Below, in pieces: positions 27,053 through 35,620 of a stretch of DNA of 64,000 nucleotides. The DNA is from Ignavibacteria bacterium (lineage in GTDB: Bacteria > Bacteroidota > Ignavibacteria > UBA10030 > SZUA-254). How positions within the stretch are numbered: the stretch's first letter is position 1; every line of letters starts with the position of its first letter. Where the stretch lies: positions 31,376 through 95,375 of the forward strand of contig JANNFI010000080.1 in assembly GCA_031379665.1 (NCBI GenBank), given 5' to 3'. Made by a program: the position numbers and the translations under genes. The notes below the pieces were generated by a model. That model made no database searches. It was not told the DNA's origin and worked only from the letters and a program-made list of their open reading frames with translations.

Positions 27053-27835
27053 ATGATGTCCTGCGCATTTCGTCAAAAGCCGGCTCAGCGTCACGTCGCG
27101 GCCACGGCTACCGTCTTCTTTTTCATCCGGATCCTCCCATTCATGGCGGCGATCATGCTGGCCGGGTGTTTGGGGGCTGGCGCCTCCGACGGCCGCGTCA
27201 CCGTCGCGCAGTTCGAATCGCTGAACGACCTCGAGGCGCTGCTCCCCCTCACCCCGGACTCCATCGTCACGCGGTACCGGAACTATGACAGCCTCGCCTT
27301 CAGGGAAATCTACTCTGAGAAGCTCGCCTACGTCACCGGCCTGATCGATTCCCTCAACGCCTCCTTCCCGGAAAACCTTCGCATCGACACCCTCGCCATC
27401 GACCATTCGTTCTCCTCGTTCGGGACGGCCGCCAGGAACGGCAGATCGATCGGCATCTCGGCGAGCTACTTCATCGTCTTCGATGACTGGATCGTTCTCC
27501 GGTCGGTGGTCTTCCACGAATTCGGCCACATCGCGTATGACATCCTGGAGCCGGAAGAGAAGAGGGAGGTTGGATCGATCTGGAAGGAACTCGAAGCCGG
27601 CGCCCTCCTGTACCTCTTCCGCGATGGCGAGTACGCGGGCAATGCGCGCTTCGGCGGACATCCCGACGAAAACCCCGCCGAGCTCTACGCCTCGGCGTTC
27701 AATCTCGTTCAGAACCGGCTACCTGAGATCAGGGTGCGCCTTACGTACGTGGAGCGTCGCCACTTCCCCCTCCTTCGACGACTCGCCACGCTCGCCGGCG
27801 CGGCGGGCGAGCCATTTCCGGAACCCCCGCAATAA
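27053..27835 (+). CDS. putative zinc metallopeptidase lipoprotein (HExxH)
   Basis: Lipobox IMLAGC, VVFHEFGHIAY (HExxH) and strong GC3 bias on this strand. The overlapping minus-strand ORF 27008-27661 lacks any motif. Confidence 0.65.
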   Translation: MMSCAFRQKPAQRHVAATATVFFFIRILPFMAAIMLAGCLGAGASDGRVTVAQFESLNDLEALLPLTPDSIVTRYRNYDSLAFREIYSEKLAYVTGLIDSLNASFPENLRIDTLAIDHSFSSFGTAARNGRSIGISASYFIVFDDWIVLRSVVFHEFGHIAYDILEPEEKREVGSIWKELEAGALLYLFRDGEYAGNARFGGHPDENPAELYASAFNLVQNRLPEIRVRLTYVERRHFPLLRRLATLAGAAGEPFPEPPQ

Positions 27836-27868
27836 AAAAGGCCGCCGACTTATTTGTTCGGCTGCGGC
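27834..27868 (-). terminator. probable intrinsic terminator of the peroxiredoxin gene
   Basis: The minus-strand RNA reads GCCGCAGCCGA-ACAAATAAG-TCGGCGGCC followed by UUUUUU. The stem is interrupted by a 3-nt bulge, and the hairpin overlaps the last codons and the stop. Confidence 0.45.
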
Positions 27869-28488
27869 GTCATCCGCAGATACGGCTTGACCACCTTGTA
27901 CCCCTTCGGGAATTTCGCTTTCAGCTCGTTCTCGTCCTGGATGGCCGGGAGGATGACCACGTCCTGCCCGTCCTTCCAGTTCGCCGGCGTGGAAACGCTG
28001 AACTTATCGGTGAGCTGGAGCGAATCGATGACCCGGAGGATCTCGTCGAAGTTCCTCCCCGTCGAGGCCGGGTAGGTAATAGTGAGCCGGATCTTCTTGT
28101 TCGGGTCGATCACGAACACCGAGCGGACGGTCTGTGTATTTTCGGCGTTCGGGTGGACCATGTCGTAGAGCGTCGCCACCTTCCGGTCGTGGTCGGCGAT
28201 CACCGGGTAATTCACCGTCGTCTGCTGCGTCTCGTTGATGTCCCTGATCCAGTCTTTGTGGGCCGAGGAGGGGTCGACCGAGAGGCCGATGATCCTGACC
28301 CCGCGCTTGTCGAACTCCGACTTGATCTTCGCGACGTATCCGAGCTCGGTCGTGCAGACCGGGGTGAAGTCCTTCGGGTGCGAGAAAAGTACCCCCCAAC
28401 TACTGCCGAGGTACTCGTGGAATTTGACCTGTCCCTCGCTCGAATCCTGCGTGAAATCGGGGGCGATATCGCCTAAATGGAGAGCCAT
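27850..28488 (-). CDS. 1-Cys peroxiredoxin (Prx6-type)
   Basis: MALHLGDIAPDFTQDS...WGVLFSHPKDFTPVCTTELG. ATG 28486-28488 is preceded by AAGGAGG at 7-nt spacing. The length of 212 aa is typical. Confidence 0.9.
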   Translation of the reverse strand: MALHLGDIAPDFTQDSSEGQVKFHEYLGSSWGVLFSHPKDFTPVCTTELGYVAKIKSEFDKRGVRIIGLSVDPSSAHKDWIRDINETQQTTVNYPVIADHDRKVATLYDMVHPNAENTQTVRSVFVIDPNKKIRLTITYPASTGRNFDEILRVIDSLQLTDKFSVSTPANWKDGQDVVILPAIQDENELKAKFPKGYKVVKPYLRMTPQPNK

Positions 28489-28599
28489 TGTAAACCTCCT
28501 TAGATTGATATTATTGTGGGGGGAAGAAGACGCTATGGTCAATGATACCAATTGCGTCAAAAAGATCCAAAAAATTCCGAGGACCCCGAAGTCGCCCGC

Positions 28600-29292
28600 T
28601 CAGGGCACCACGAGCCGGTACCCCTTCCCGTGGACGTTCTTGATTTCGAGGGCGGGGTCGGCCGCGAGGTATTTCCGGAGCTTCGACACGAACACGTCGA
28701 GGCTGCGGCCGTTGAAGATGTTGTCGTCGCCCCAGACCGAGGTGAGGATCTCGGAGCGTTCGACCACCTGATTCGGTCGCGACGCAAAAAGCCGCAGGAG
28801 CTGGGCTTCGCGACTCGTGAGGTTCTGATCCCGCTTCGAGCCGGTGAGAAGCTGGCGCCTGGCGTCGAACGAAAGCTTTCCGATCCGGAAGAGTTCTTCG
28901 CCGGCATCTTTCGACTGAGCGCCCTTCGTCCGTCGCAGGACTGCCTTGATGCGAAGGAGCAGCTCATCGATGCTGAACGGTTTCGTCACGTAATCGTCCC
29001 CGCCGATCCGGAACCCCTCGACGCGGTCTTCCTTGAGCGCCTTTGCGGTCAGGAAAATAATTGGTGTAGCCGCGTCCTTCGCCCTGAACTCCTTCGTGAA
29101 CGTGAACCCGTCCTTCTTCGGCATCATCACGTCCACCAACAAGAGGTCGAACGTCGCCTTCCTCGTCTCCTCGAGCCCCTCGACGCCGTTCGTCCGGAGC
29201 GTGACGCCGAACCCGTGCGCTTCGAGGTGCTCCCGGATCACGAACCCGAGGTTGGGGTCGTCTTCCAACAGAAGTATGCGGTTATCGACCAT
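28600..29292 (-). CDS. OmpR/PhoB-family response regulator
   Basis: Receiver domain (LLLEDD..., LLLVDVMMPKKDGF, IIFLTAK) plus a winged-helix output (LTSREAQLLRLF...VWG...RSLDVFVSKLRKYL...IKNVHGKGYRL). Confidence 0.9.
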   Translation of the reverse strand: MVDNRILLLEDDPNLGFVIREHLEAHGFGVTLRTNGVEGLEETRKATFDLLLVDVMMPKKDGFTFTKEFRAKDAATPIIFLTAKALKEDRVEGFRIGGDDYVTKPFSIDELLLRIKAVLRRTKGAQSKDAGEELFRIGKLSFDARRQLLTGSKRDQNLTSREAQLLRLFASRPNQVVERSEILTSVWGDDNIFNGRSLDVFVSKLRKYLAADPALEIKNVHGKGYRLVVP

Positions 29293-30988
29293 CGTGCACC
29301 CTGAACCTCAACTCGATGGTCGTGCCGGCGCCCGGGACGCTCGAGGCCCGGACGCTCCCGCCGTGCCGTTCCATCACGAGCCGGACGTAGCTGAGGCCGA
29401 TGCCGAAACCCTTCACGTCGTGGAGGTTGTTGGTCGGGACGCGGTAATATTTCTCGAAGATGTTGGGGAGGTGCTCCGCTGCGATCCCGATCCCGCGATC
29501 GGAGACCGAGAGGACAACCCAGCCTTCGGTGTTATACGTCGAGACTCGTACCTCGGGCGCCGTGGGTGAGTATTTTTCCGCGTTGTCCAGGACGCTGCTC
29601 ACGACGTTCTCGATGTGCACCGCGTCGCCCCGGACGGTGTGCGAGCCGGCGCGGAAGTCTGTCACCACCGCGCCCCCGTTCTCCTTTACCCTGAGGGCCG
29701 AGTTGGCCGCCGCTCGCGAGGCGATCTCGTGAAGATCAACCGGCTCGTTCCTGAATTCGAACTCCCCCTCCTCGAGCGCCGCCATCTCGAGGATCCGGTC
29801 CACCTGCGACTTCATCCGTTTCTGTTCGTCGGCGATGATCGTGCCGTACATTTCGACCTTCGACCGGTCTTCGGCGACGTCGGGCCTCGCGAGCGCCTCG
29901 GTCGAGAGCGCGATCGTCGAGAGTGGCGTCTTGAACTCGTGAGTCATATTGTTGATGAAGTCTGTTAGTCGTCCGGCGAATTCCCGCTGCCGACGGAGCG
30001 TGCGGATCGCGTACCGGAAGCAGGCGCCGATGATGAGCACGAACATCAGGTTCAGCACGAGCTCGGGCAGGATCGACTGCACAAGGTACGACCGATAGCC
30101 GGGGAACCAGAGGAGCAACTCGCCTGGCTTGCCGGAAAGTCCCGCCGGGAAGAGAAGCGCGGTGTAAGCTGCTGCCGGAACGGCCGCGCCCGAATCCATA
30201 CGCGCCATCACCACCGAATCCCCCTCGAGGTCCCGGACGGCATACTCGTACGGGAGCGTGATCCCGTTGGCGGAGAGTCCTTCGGAAATCGCGGAGTCGA
30301 GCAAGCCCGGGCGGAGTCTCTCCGACAGATCGGCGAGCCGGCCGGCGGTGACCGTTTCGGCGACCCTCCCGATGATTTTCGCGGTGCGGGTTTCCTCGTT
30401 GGTGTGGAGGCCGTGCCAACCCCCCGCCCCTCCGTCCCACCTGATGGTGGAAGTAGAACTGTCTGCCCTGATCTGGATGAAACTCACTCCGGTCTTGAGT
30501 CTGTTCGACGGAAGGTTCAGCTCGTAGCTGCCGCTTTCTTTTCTTTCGTCGAGGATCGTCGTGTCGAGCCGGCCGAGTTCGTCGAACACACGGATCGAAA
30601 CGTTCTGCGGACCGTCGATGCGATAGGTCAGGCGGTCGCCGCGCACCTGGGCCGAGAGCGTGCCCGATTCGGATGTCATCACCGAGACGAAGACCATCGA
30701 ATCGGGGGGCCCCGCACCGGGGAGCCGGCTTCGCTGCTTGAACCGGACGACGAACGGCCCGGTCGAGTCTGTCGAGTCGGTCGACGCAGTGAAAAGCCGG
30801 TCCCGTACATCGACCTCCTCGACGCGCTCGGAGGCGGCGTTGAGCGCAGCGAGCGCGTTGCGGTTGAACGATTCCTCCTTGAGTTCGACGTTGTTCCTCA
30901 GGAGCCGGTACTGCAGGTAGAGGATGCCCAGGAGCGCGATCGCCATCAGGCCGATCAGGATGCGGACGGTATTCCGGGAAAGTTCCAC
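29282..30988 (-). CDS. sensor histidine kinase (HisKA + HATPase_c), two TM segments
   Basis: H-box HEFKTPLSTI, N-box NAEKYS and G-boxes DRGIGI / GFGIGLSYV. Start is uncertain. I chose GTG 30986-30988 (VELSRNTVRILIGLMAIALLG...) because the longer GTG start at 31114 would place the TTAACA repeats and promoter-like boxes inside the CDS. Confidence 0.8.
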   Translation of the reverse strand: MELSRNTVRILIGLMAIALLGILYLQYRLLRNNVELKEESFNRNALAALNAASERVEEVDVRDRLFTASTDSTDSTGPFVVRFKQRSRLPGAGPPDSMVFVSVMTSESGTLSAQVRGDRLTYRIDGPQNVSIRVFDELGRLDTTILDERKESGSYELNLPSNRLKTGVSFIQIRADSSTSTIRWDGGAGGWHGLHTNEETRTAKIIGRVAETVTAGRLADLSERLRPGLLDSAISEGLSANGITLPYEYAVRDLEGDSVVMARMDSGAAVPAAAYTALLFPAGLSGKPGELLLWFPGYRSYLVQSILPELVLNLMFVLIIGACFRYAIRTLRRQREFAGRLTDFINNMTHEFKTPLSTIALSTEALARPDVAEDRSKVEMYGTIIADEQKRMKSQVDRILEMAALEEGEFEFRNEPVDLHEIASRAAANSALRVKENGGAVVTDFRAGSHTVRGDAVHIENVVSSVLDNAEKYSPTAPEVRVSTYNTEGWVVLSVSDRGIGIAAEHLPNIFEKYYRVPTNNLHDVKGFGIGLSYVRLVMERHGGSVRASSVPGAGTTIELRFRVHDGR

Positions 30989-31028
30989 AGTTGAATATAC
31001 GAAAGCCCCGGGCAGGGTTCCAAGGCCG

Positions 31029-31064
31029 TTAACATTCCTTAACACTTGGTAACACCATTTAACT
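31029..31064. promoter_or_regulatory. four phased direct repeats TTAACA-N4-TTAACA-N4-GTAACA-N4-TTAACT; candidate binding array for the OmpR-type regulator
   Basis: Read directly: hexamers at 31029, 31039, 31049 and 31059 with exact 10-nt periodicity. They lie in the divergent region between the kinase/regulator operon and the PDZ/ABC operon, just upstream of a minus-strand TTG(31021-31023)-N21-TATATTCA(30992-30999). Confidence 0.45.
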
Positions 31065-31134
31065 AGGCGGATCGAATCTTTTTCGCAATGTTGTACGCAT
31101 ACTCTCCGGGACACACATCAGAAAGGAATCAGGA

Positions 31135-31878
31135 ATGAACAAACCCAGGATCCCCCTCGCCGCGTCCATCTTCGCCTGCCTCGTTCTCCTCGTCTGCGAG
31201 GCCGCTCAAGCCCTCACGCACGACGAGTCGCCCCAGCAGAAGAAAATGAAGACGATGCAGTTCGACGCCGACAAGGCAGTGATGATCGACGAGGTCGGGA
31301 TGGTCGTCGTCGAGAAGGAAGGCAAACTCATGGTCGAACACATCGGACCGAAGGAAGCCCGCCCGAAGGAAACTGCCGACCTCGACGTCGTCGCGGGCGA
31401 CGAGGTGGGGATGGCGGCCGGGAAGAAGGTCGCGACGGTCGCGGCCCTGAGGGCGGCGTACGATTCCACAAAACCTGGCGAGGAATTCAAGCTGGGGCTC
31501 CGCCGTGACGGGAAGGCGTTCATCGTGTCCTTCAAGCGGATGGACCAGAAAGACCTGCCAACGATGATGGTGATCAAACGCGACGGACCGGACAACCCGA
31601 ACCAGGACGTCCGCCCAGCCCTGGGCGTCGTCATCGAGCAGAAGGAGGGGAAGGTCGTCATCGTGGACACCTTTCCGAACGCCCCGAAGGAGATGCTGAA
31701 GGGCGACGTGGTCAAATCGATCAACGGCACTGCCGTGAAGGACCTGAAGGGCTTCTCCGGCGTCTTCGATAACGTCGATGTGGGCGCTGACGTGAAGTTC
31801 GAGCTCCGCCGTGCCGGCAAAACAGTCACGGTGTCGATAAAACGGCCGAAGCCGCAGGGACAGGTCATCGTTAAATGA
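31135..31878 (+). CDS. secreted PDZ-domain protein
   Basis: Signal peptide (IPLAASIFACLVLLVCEAAQA) and two PDZ-like segments (GDEVGMAAGKKVATVAALR...; LGVVIEQKEGKVVIVDTFPNAPKEMLKGDVVKSINGTAVKDL). AGGA lies upstream of the ATG. Confidence 0.75.
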   Translation: MNKPRIPLAASIFACLVLLVCEAAQALTHDESPQQKKMKTMQFDADKAVMIDEVGMVVVEKEGKLMVEHIGPKEARPKETADLDVVAGDEVGMAAGKKVATVAALRAAYDSTKPGEEFKLGLRRDGKAFIVSFKRMDQKDLPTMMVIKRDGPDNPNQDVRPALGVVIEQKEGKVVIVDTFPNAPKEMLKGDVVKSINGTAVKDLKGFSGVFDNVDVGADVKFELRRAGKTVTVSIKRPKPQGQVIVK

Positions 31879-33383
31879 GAACCTCACGCATCATCCGGAG
31901 GGTCGCGGTCCTCCTCATCCTGGCTGCGTTCCTCCCGACAGGCGAATCGGTCGCGCAGTACAACAGCTTCAACCAGCGCGACGACAAGTACCGGCTCCTC
32001 GGACTGAAGCGGTCGAAGGAGTACTTCGAAGTGACCCGGAAGGAGTTCGACCGTCAGAAGGGCCTCTTCGAGAAGGGGCTGATCTCCGATGCGGAGCTGG
32101 ACCGCTTCAGAAATTCGCTCGCCGACGCGGAGGTCAACTACCAGCAGTCGCTCCTCTCGGTTCTCTTCGAACAGCAGTACGTCTCGGTCGAAAAAGCCGT
32201 AAAGTACCAGGCGGCCGACGGCTCGAAACACGTGAAGCTGACGGTGTCGAACGCCTCGGGGGGCAGCGAGGAGTTCCGCAAGCTCCTGGGGATCGACGAC
32301 CAGCTCTTCCGAAGCCTTCAACCCGACGTCATTCAGAGCGTCTATATTTCACTCTACAATAACGACGGGGCGATCATTTCCCAGCCGTACGAGTTCAAGG
32401 TGGAGGAGCTTCGCGCCGGGTCGCCGAAGGTGGTGGACTTCGCCCTCTTGCAGGAACTCGATGCGCTCACCGTGAACATCATCTACGGCAACGGATCCAC
32501 CAGGACCCTGAAGATCCTCCTCCAGAAAGATAACACCGTCAACAAGGTGGTGGTGCAGTCGCAGCAGTTCTCGCAGGAGGCGGAGCTCGGCCGGACGGCC
32601 TCCTACGGGCTTACGCTCGAACTCTTCGGCGGGGTGAACACGTCGTTCAGCCTCCACGTCGTCAACCTCCCCCTCCAGATCAACCGCTTTTTCCGGGAGA
32701 CGGCCACCCAGGCGCGGCTCAGCCAGATCAAGTTCACCGAGAGCGTCAATACGATGCGCGCCTCGCTCGAAGTCTCGCTCCCCGACCGCCCGACCGACGA
32801 AATCGCGATGGACAGGGCCATACCGTTTTACATCATGGTCATCCCCGCCGGACGCGGGGCGGAGCTCAAAGGGGCCGAGTCGAAGACCTGGACCGAGGAC
32901 CAGATCAAAAAACTGAACGTGGGGTACGTAAAGCTCGAACTGATGCCCCGCGGAGCCGGACGGCTGCTCGTGCGGGCCCCCCAGCTCTATTATAACGTCG
33001 GATCTGGCGAGGCCGTCGTGATGACGATGGACCTCGTCAACGAAGGGACTCGCCGGCTCGACAACGTGAAGGTAGACGTCGACCTCCCGATGAACTGGAC
33101 CAAAACCATCGAGCCGGCGGTGATCGCCACACTCGACATCAACCAGGAGCAGAGGGTCACACTCACCGCCGTGCCGCCGGAAGGCATCTCCTCAGGACGG
33201 TACGAGATGCGCCTGCGCACGAGCGGGCTCTCGGACAATTCGCCGGTCAACGCGGAGGACAAGACGGTGACCGTCGAAATTGAAGAAGACGCGAACGTCT
33301 TCGGAACGATCCTCCTCGTGCTTGTCATCCTCGGAGTCATCGGGGGAATCGTCGTCTTCGGCGTCCGGATGTCAAAAAAATAG
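31875..33383 (+). CDS. membrane-anchored protein with an N-terminal coiled coil, NEW3-like beta-sandwich repeats and a C-terminal TM helix
   Basis: ATGA overlap with the PDZ gene. Signal/anchor VAVLLILAAFL; coiled coil LISDAELDRFRNSLADAEVNYQQS; NEW3/CARDB-like segment VVMTMDLVNEGTRRLDNVKVDVDLPMNWTKTIEP...GRYEMRLRTSG; C-terminal TM GTILLVLVILGVIGGIVVFGV. Confidence 0.7.
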   Translation: MRTSRIIRRVAVLLILAAFLPTGESVAQYNSFNQRDDKYRLLGLKRSKEYFEVTRKEFDRQKGLFEKGLISDAELDRFRNSLADAEVNYQQSLLSVLFEQQYVSVEKAVKYQAADGSKHVKLTVSNASGGSEEFRKLLGIDDQLFRSLQPDVIQSVYISLYNNDGAIISQPYEFKVEELRAGSPKVVDFALLQELDALTVNIIYGNGSTRTLKILLQKDNTVNKVVVQSQQFSQEAELGRTASYGLTLELFGGVNTSFSLHVVNLPLQINRFFRETATQARLSQIKFTESVNTMRASLEVSLPDRPTDEIAMDRAIPFYIMVIPAGRGAELKGAESKTWTEDQIKKLNVGYVKLELMPRGAGRLLVRAPQLYYNVGSGEAVVMTMDLVNEGTRRLDNVKVDVDLPMNWTKTIEPAVIATLDINQEQRVTLTAVPPEGISSGRYEMRLRTSGLSDNSPVNAEDKTVTVEIEEDANVFGTILLVLVILGVIGGIVVFGVRMSKK

Positions 33384-33413
33384 TAGAACCCACAAGAGAC
33401 CTGGAAGGACCCC

Positions 33414-34145
33414 ATGGACAACCGACCCATACTCGAAGCGGACAAACTCACCAAGCGGTACGAAGACGGCGTGCTGGCGCTCAACAGCGTCTCGTTCTCG
33501 GTGCGAGGGGGGGAGATTTTCGCGATGCTCGGCGCCAACGGTGCCGGCAAGACGACCGCCATCAATTTGTTTTTAAACTTCGTCGAACCGACGAGCGGCG
33601 AGGCAAGGATCGACGGCATCCCGACCCACCGGGAGCCGCTCGAGGCGAAGAAGCGAGTCGCATACGTCTCCGAAAACGTGATGCTCTACCCCAACTTCAC
33701 GGCCCTGCAGAACCTGGATTATTTCGCGCGACTCGGGGGGAAGACAGCGTACACCGCCGACGATTACCGGGCGGCCCTCGGGCGCGTGGGGCTCTCCGAA
33801 GACGTGCACCGGAAGAAACTCCGCGGTTTCTCGAAGGGGATGCGCCAGAAATGCGGTATCGCCATCGCCATATTGAAGGACGCGCCGGCGATCCTGCTCG
33901 ACGAGCCCACCTCGGGCCTCGACCCGCAGGCGGCATACGAGTTCCAGGGGCTGCTCGGGGCGCTCCGCTCCGAGGGGAAGGCGATCCTGATGTCTACCCA
34001 CGACATCTTCCGCGCGAAGGAGATCGCCGACACGGTCGGTATCATGAAGAACGGGGAGCTCGTGATGCAGAAGAGCTCGACCGAACTTGCCGGCGAGGAC
34101 CTCGAGAAGATCTATATGACGTACATGGCCGGCCATACGAATTAA
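33414..34145 (+). CDS. ABC transporter ATP-binding protein (ABC-2/DrrA-like)
   Basis: Walker A GANGAGKTT, signature-like FSKGMRQK, Walker B ILLDEPTSGLD and H-loop STHD. Confidence 0.9.
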   Translation: MDNRPILEADKLTKRYEDGVLALNSVSFSVRGGEIFAMLGANGAGKTTAINLFLNFVEPTSGEARIDGIPTHREPLEAKKRVAYVSENVMLYPNFTALQNLDYFARLGGKTAYTADDYRAALGRVGLSEDVHRKKLRGFSKGMRQKCGIAIAILKDAPAILLDEPTSGLDPQAAYEFQGLLGALRSEGKAILMSTHDIFRAKEIADTVGIMKNGELVMQKSSTELAGEDLEKIYMTYMAGHTN

Positions 34146-34162
34146 CCCTGAAGGCATCGAAC

Positions 34163-35578
34163 ATGTTCAAACTCATCGTCGAAAAGGAGCTTCGCGAGAT
34201 CATCGGATCGATGAAATTCGCGGTGACGTTCGGGATCTCCTCCCTCCTGCTCGTACTCACATTCTACGTCGGCGCGCGCAACTACCAGGTGAGCGCCGAA
34301 CAGAACGAGACGGCACGAAGGGAGAACCTGAGGAAGCTCGAGGGACTCACCGATTGGGGGGAGGTCCAGAATTTCCGCGTCTACCTCCCGCCCCAACCCG
34401 TATCGTCGCTTGTGATGGGCATATCGAACGACATCGGACGAACGAGCGACATCCGCGGCGCCGGCGAGATCAACGCCCGCGACAGCAAATATGGCGAGGA
34501 CCCGGTCTATGCCGTGTTCCGCTTCCTCGACCTCGATTTCATTTTCCAGATCGTATTGTCGCTGTTCGCGATCCTCTTCGCCTACGACGCCGTCAACGGC
34601 GAAAAGGAGCGAGGTACGCTGCGGCTGACGCTTGCGAACGCCGTACCGCGGAGCACCTACATCGCGGGCAAGATCGCGGGGTCGTTCCTCGCCCTTGCCG
34701 TACCACTCCTCGTCCCGATCCTGCTCGGCGCACTCCTGCTCCTCGCGATGGGGATCCCGATGGCCGGTTCGGATTGGACCCGTTTCGCGCTCATCGTCGC
34801 AGCCGGCTACCTTTACTTCGGCGTATTCCTCTCGTTGTCGCTGTTCGTTTCGTCCGCGACCGAGAAGTCCTCGACCTCGTTCCTGGTCTTGCTCGTCGTC
34901 TGGATCTTTTCGGTGATGATCATCCCAAGGACGGCGGTCCTCCTCGCCGGCCGCGCAGTCGACGTGCCGACGGTGGACCAGCTGGTCTCGCAGAAATCCC
35001 GTTACTCCGCGTCGCTCTGGCAGGAGCAGCGCAAGACGATGGCCGACTGGCGGGCGCCCTCCGACACCCCGATGGACAAGGTGTTCCCGGAATTCGAGAA
35101 GTTCATGGCCGGCATCGACGCGGAACGCACGGAAAAAATGAACGCCTACGGCCAGCGCCTCAACGAAGAACGATCGAACGCGCAGGCCGTCCAGGAACGG
35201 TTCGCCTTCGGGCTGGCGAGGGTTTCCCCCTCGGCGGTCTTCTCGCTCCTCACCACCTCGGTCGCGGCCACCGGAGTCCACCTCAAGGACGAGTACAAGC
35301 TGCAGGCGTTGCAATACCAGAAACAGTACGCGGAGTTCTTCAAGGGGAAGACCGGCAGGAACCCTTCGGGCAGCTTTATGTTCCGGATGACCACCGACGA
35401 CGACCAGAAAGAGAAGAAGAAGATCAATACCGCCGAGATGCCGGCGTTCGCGTTCGTGCAGCCACCGATCGCGGCGGCGCTCGGGCCGGTCATAATGGAT
35501 TTCGGCATCCTCGCCCTGTTCAACATCGTCTTCTTCGCCGGGGCGTTCGTCGCGTTCCTGCGGTTCGATGCACGGTAG
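34163..35578 (+). CDS. ABC-2 type permease with a large charged insertion (paralogue 1)
   Basis: ATG 34163 is in the frame of ORF 33851-35578. It has six or more hydrophobic segments, a conserved NGEKERGTLRL motif and a ~110 aa charged helical insertion. Clearly paralogous to the next gene. Confidence 0.8.
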   Translation: MFKLIVEKELREIIGSMKFAVTFGISSLLLVLTFYVGARNYQVSAEQNETARRENLRKLEGLTDWGEVQNFRVYLPPQPVSSLVMGISNDIGRTSDIRGAGEINARDSKYGEDPVYAVFRFLDLDFIFQIVLSLFAILFAYDAVNGEKERGTLRLTLANAVPRSTYIAGKIAGSFLALAVPLLVPILLGALLLLAMGIPMAGSDWTRFALIVAAGYLYFGVFLSLSLFVSSATEKSSTSFLVLLVVWIFSVMIIPRTAVLLAGRAVDVPTVDQLVSQKSRYSASLWQEQRKTMADWRAPSDTPMDKVFPEFEKFMAGIDAERTEKMNAYGQRLNEERSNAQAVQERFAFGLARVSPSAVFSLLTTSVAATGVHLKDEYKLQALQYQKQYAEFFKGKTGRNPSGSFMFRMTTDDDQKEKKKINTAEMPAFAFVQPPIAAALGPVIMDFGILALFNIVFFAGAFVAFLRFDAR

Positions 35579-35620
35579 CCGACGGATCGGACACACACGC
35601 TCATTACGAAAGGCCAGGAA

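Noticed and set aside
27008-27661. 217-aa minus-strand ORF opposite the HExxH gene
   Set aside because: The plus-strand frame has a lipobox, an HExxH motif and strong third-position G/C bias. The minus-strand frame has none of these and would run through the terminator at 26967-27000.
33851-34162. Upstream extension of the first permease ORF (the 575-aa version)
   Set aside because: It overlaps the 3' third of the ABC ATPase gene in another frame with R/G/P-rich sequence. ATG 34163 follows the ATPase stop by 17 nt and begins with the motif shared with the paralogue (MF..IV.KEL).
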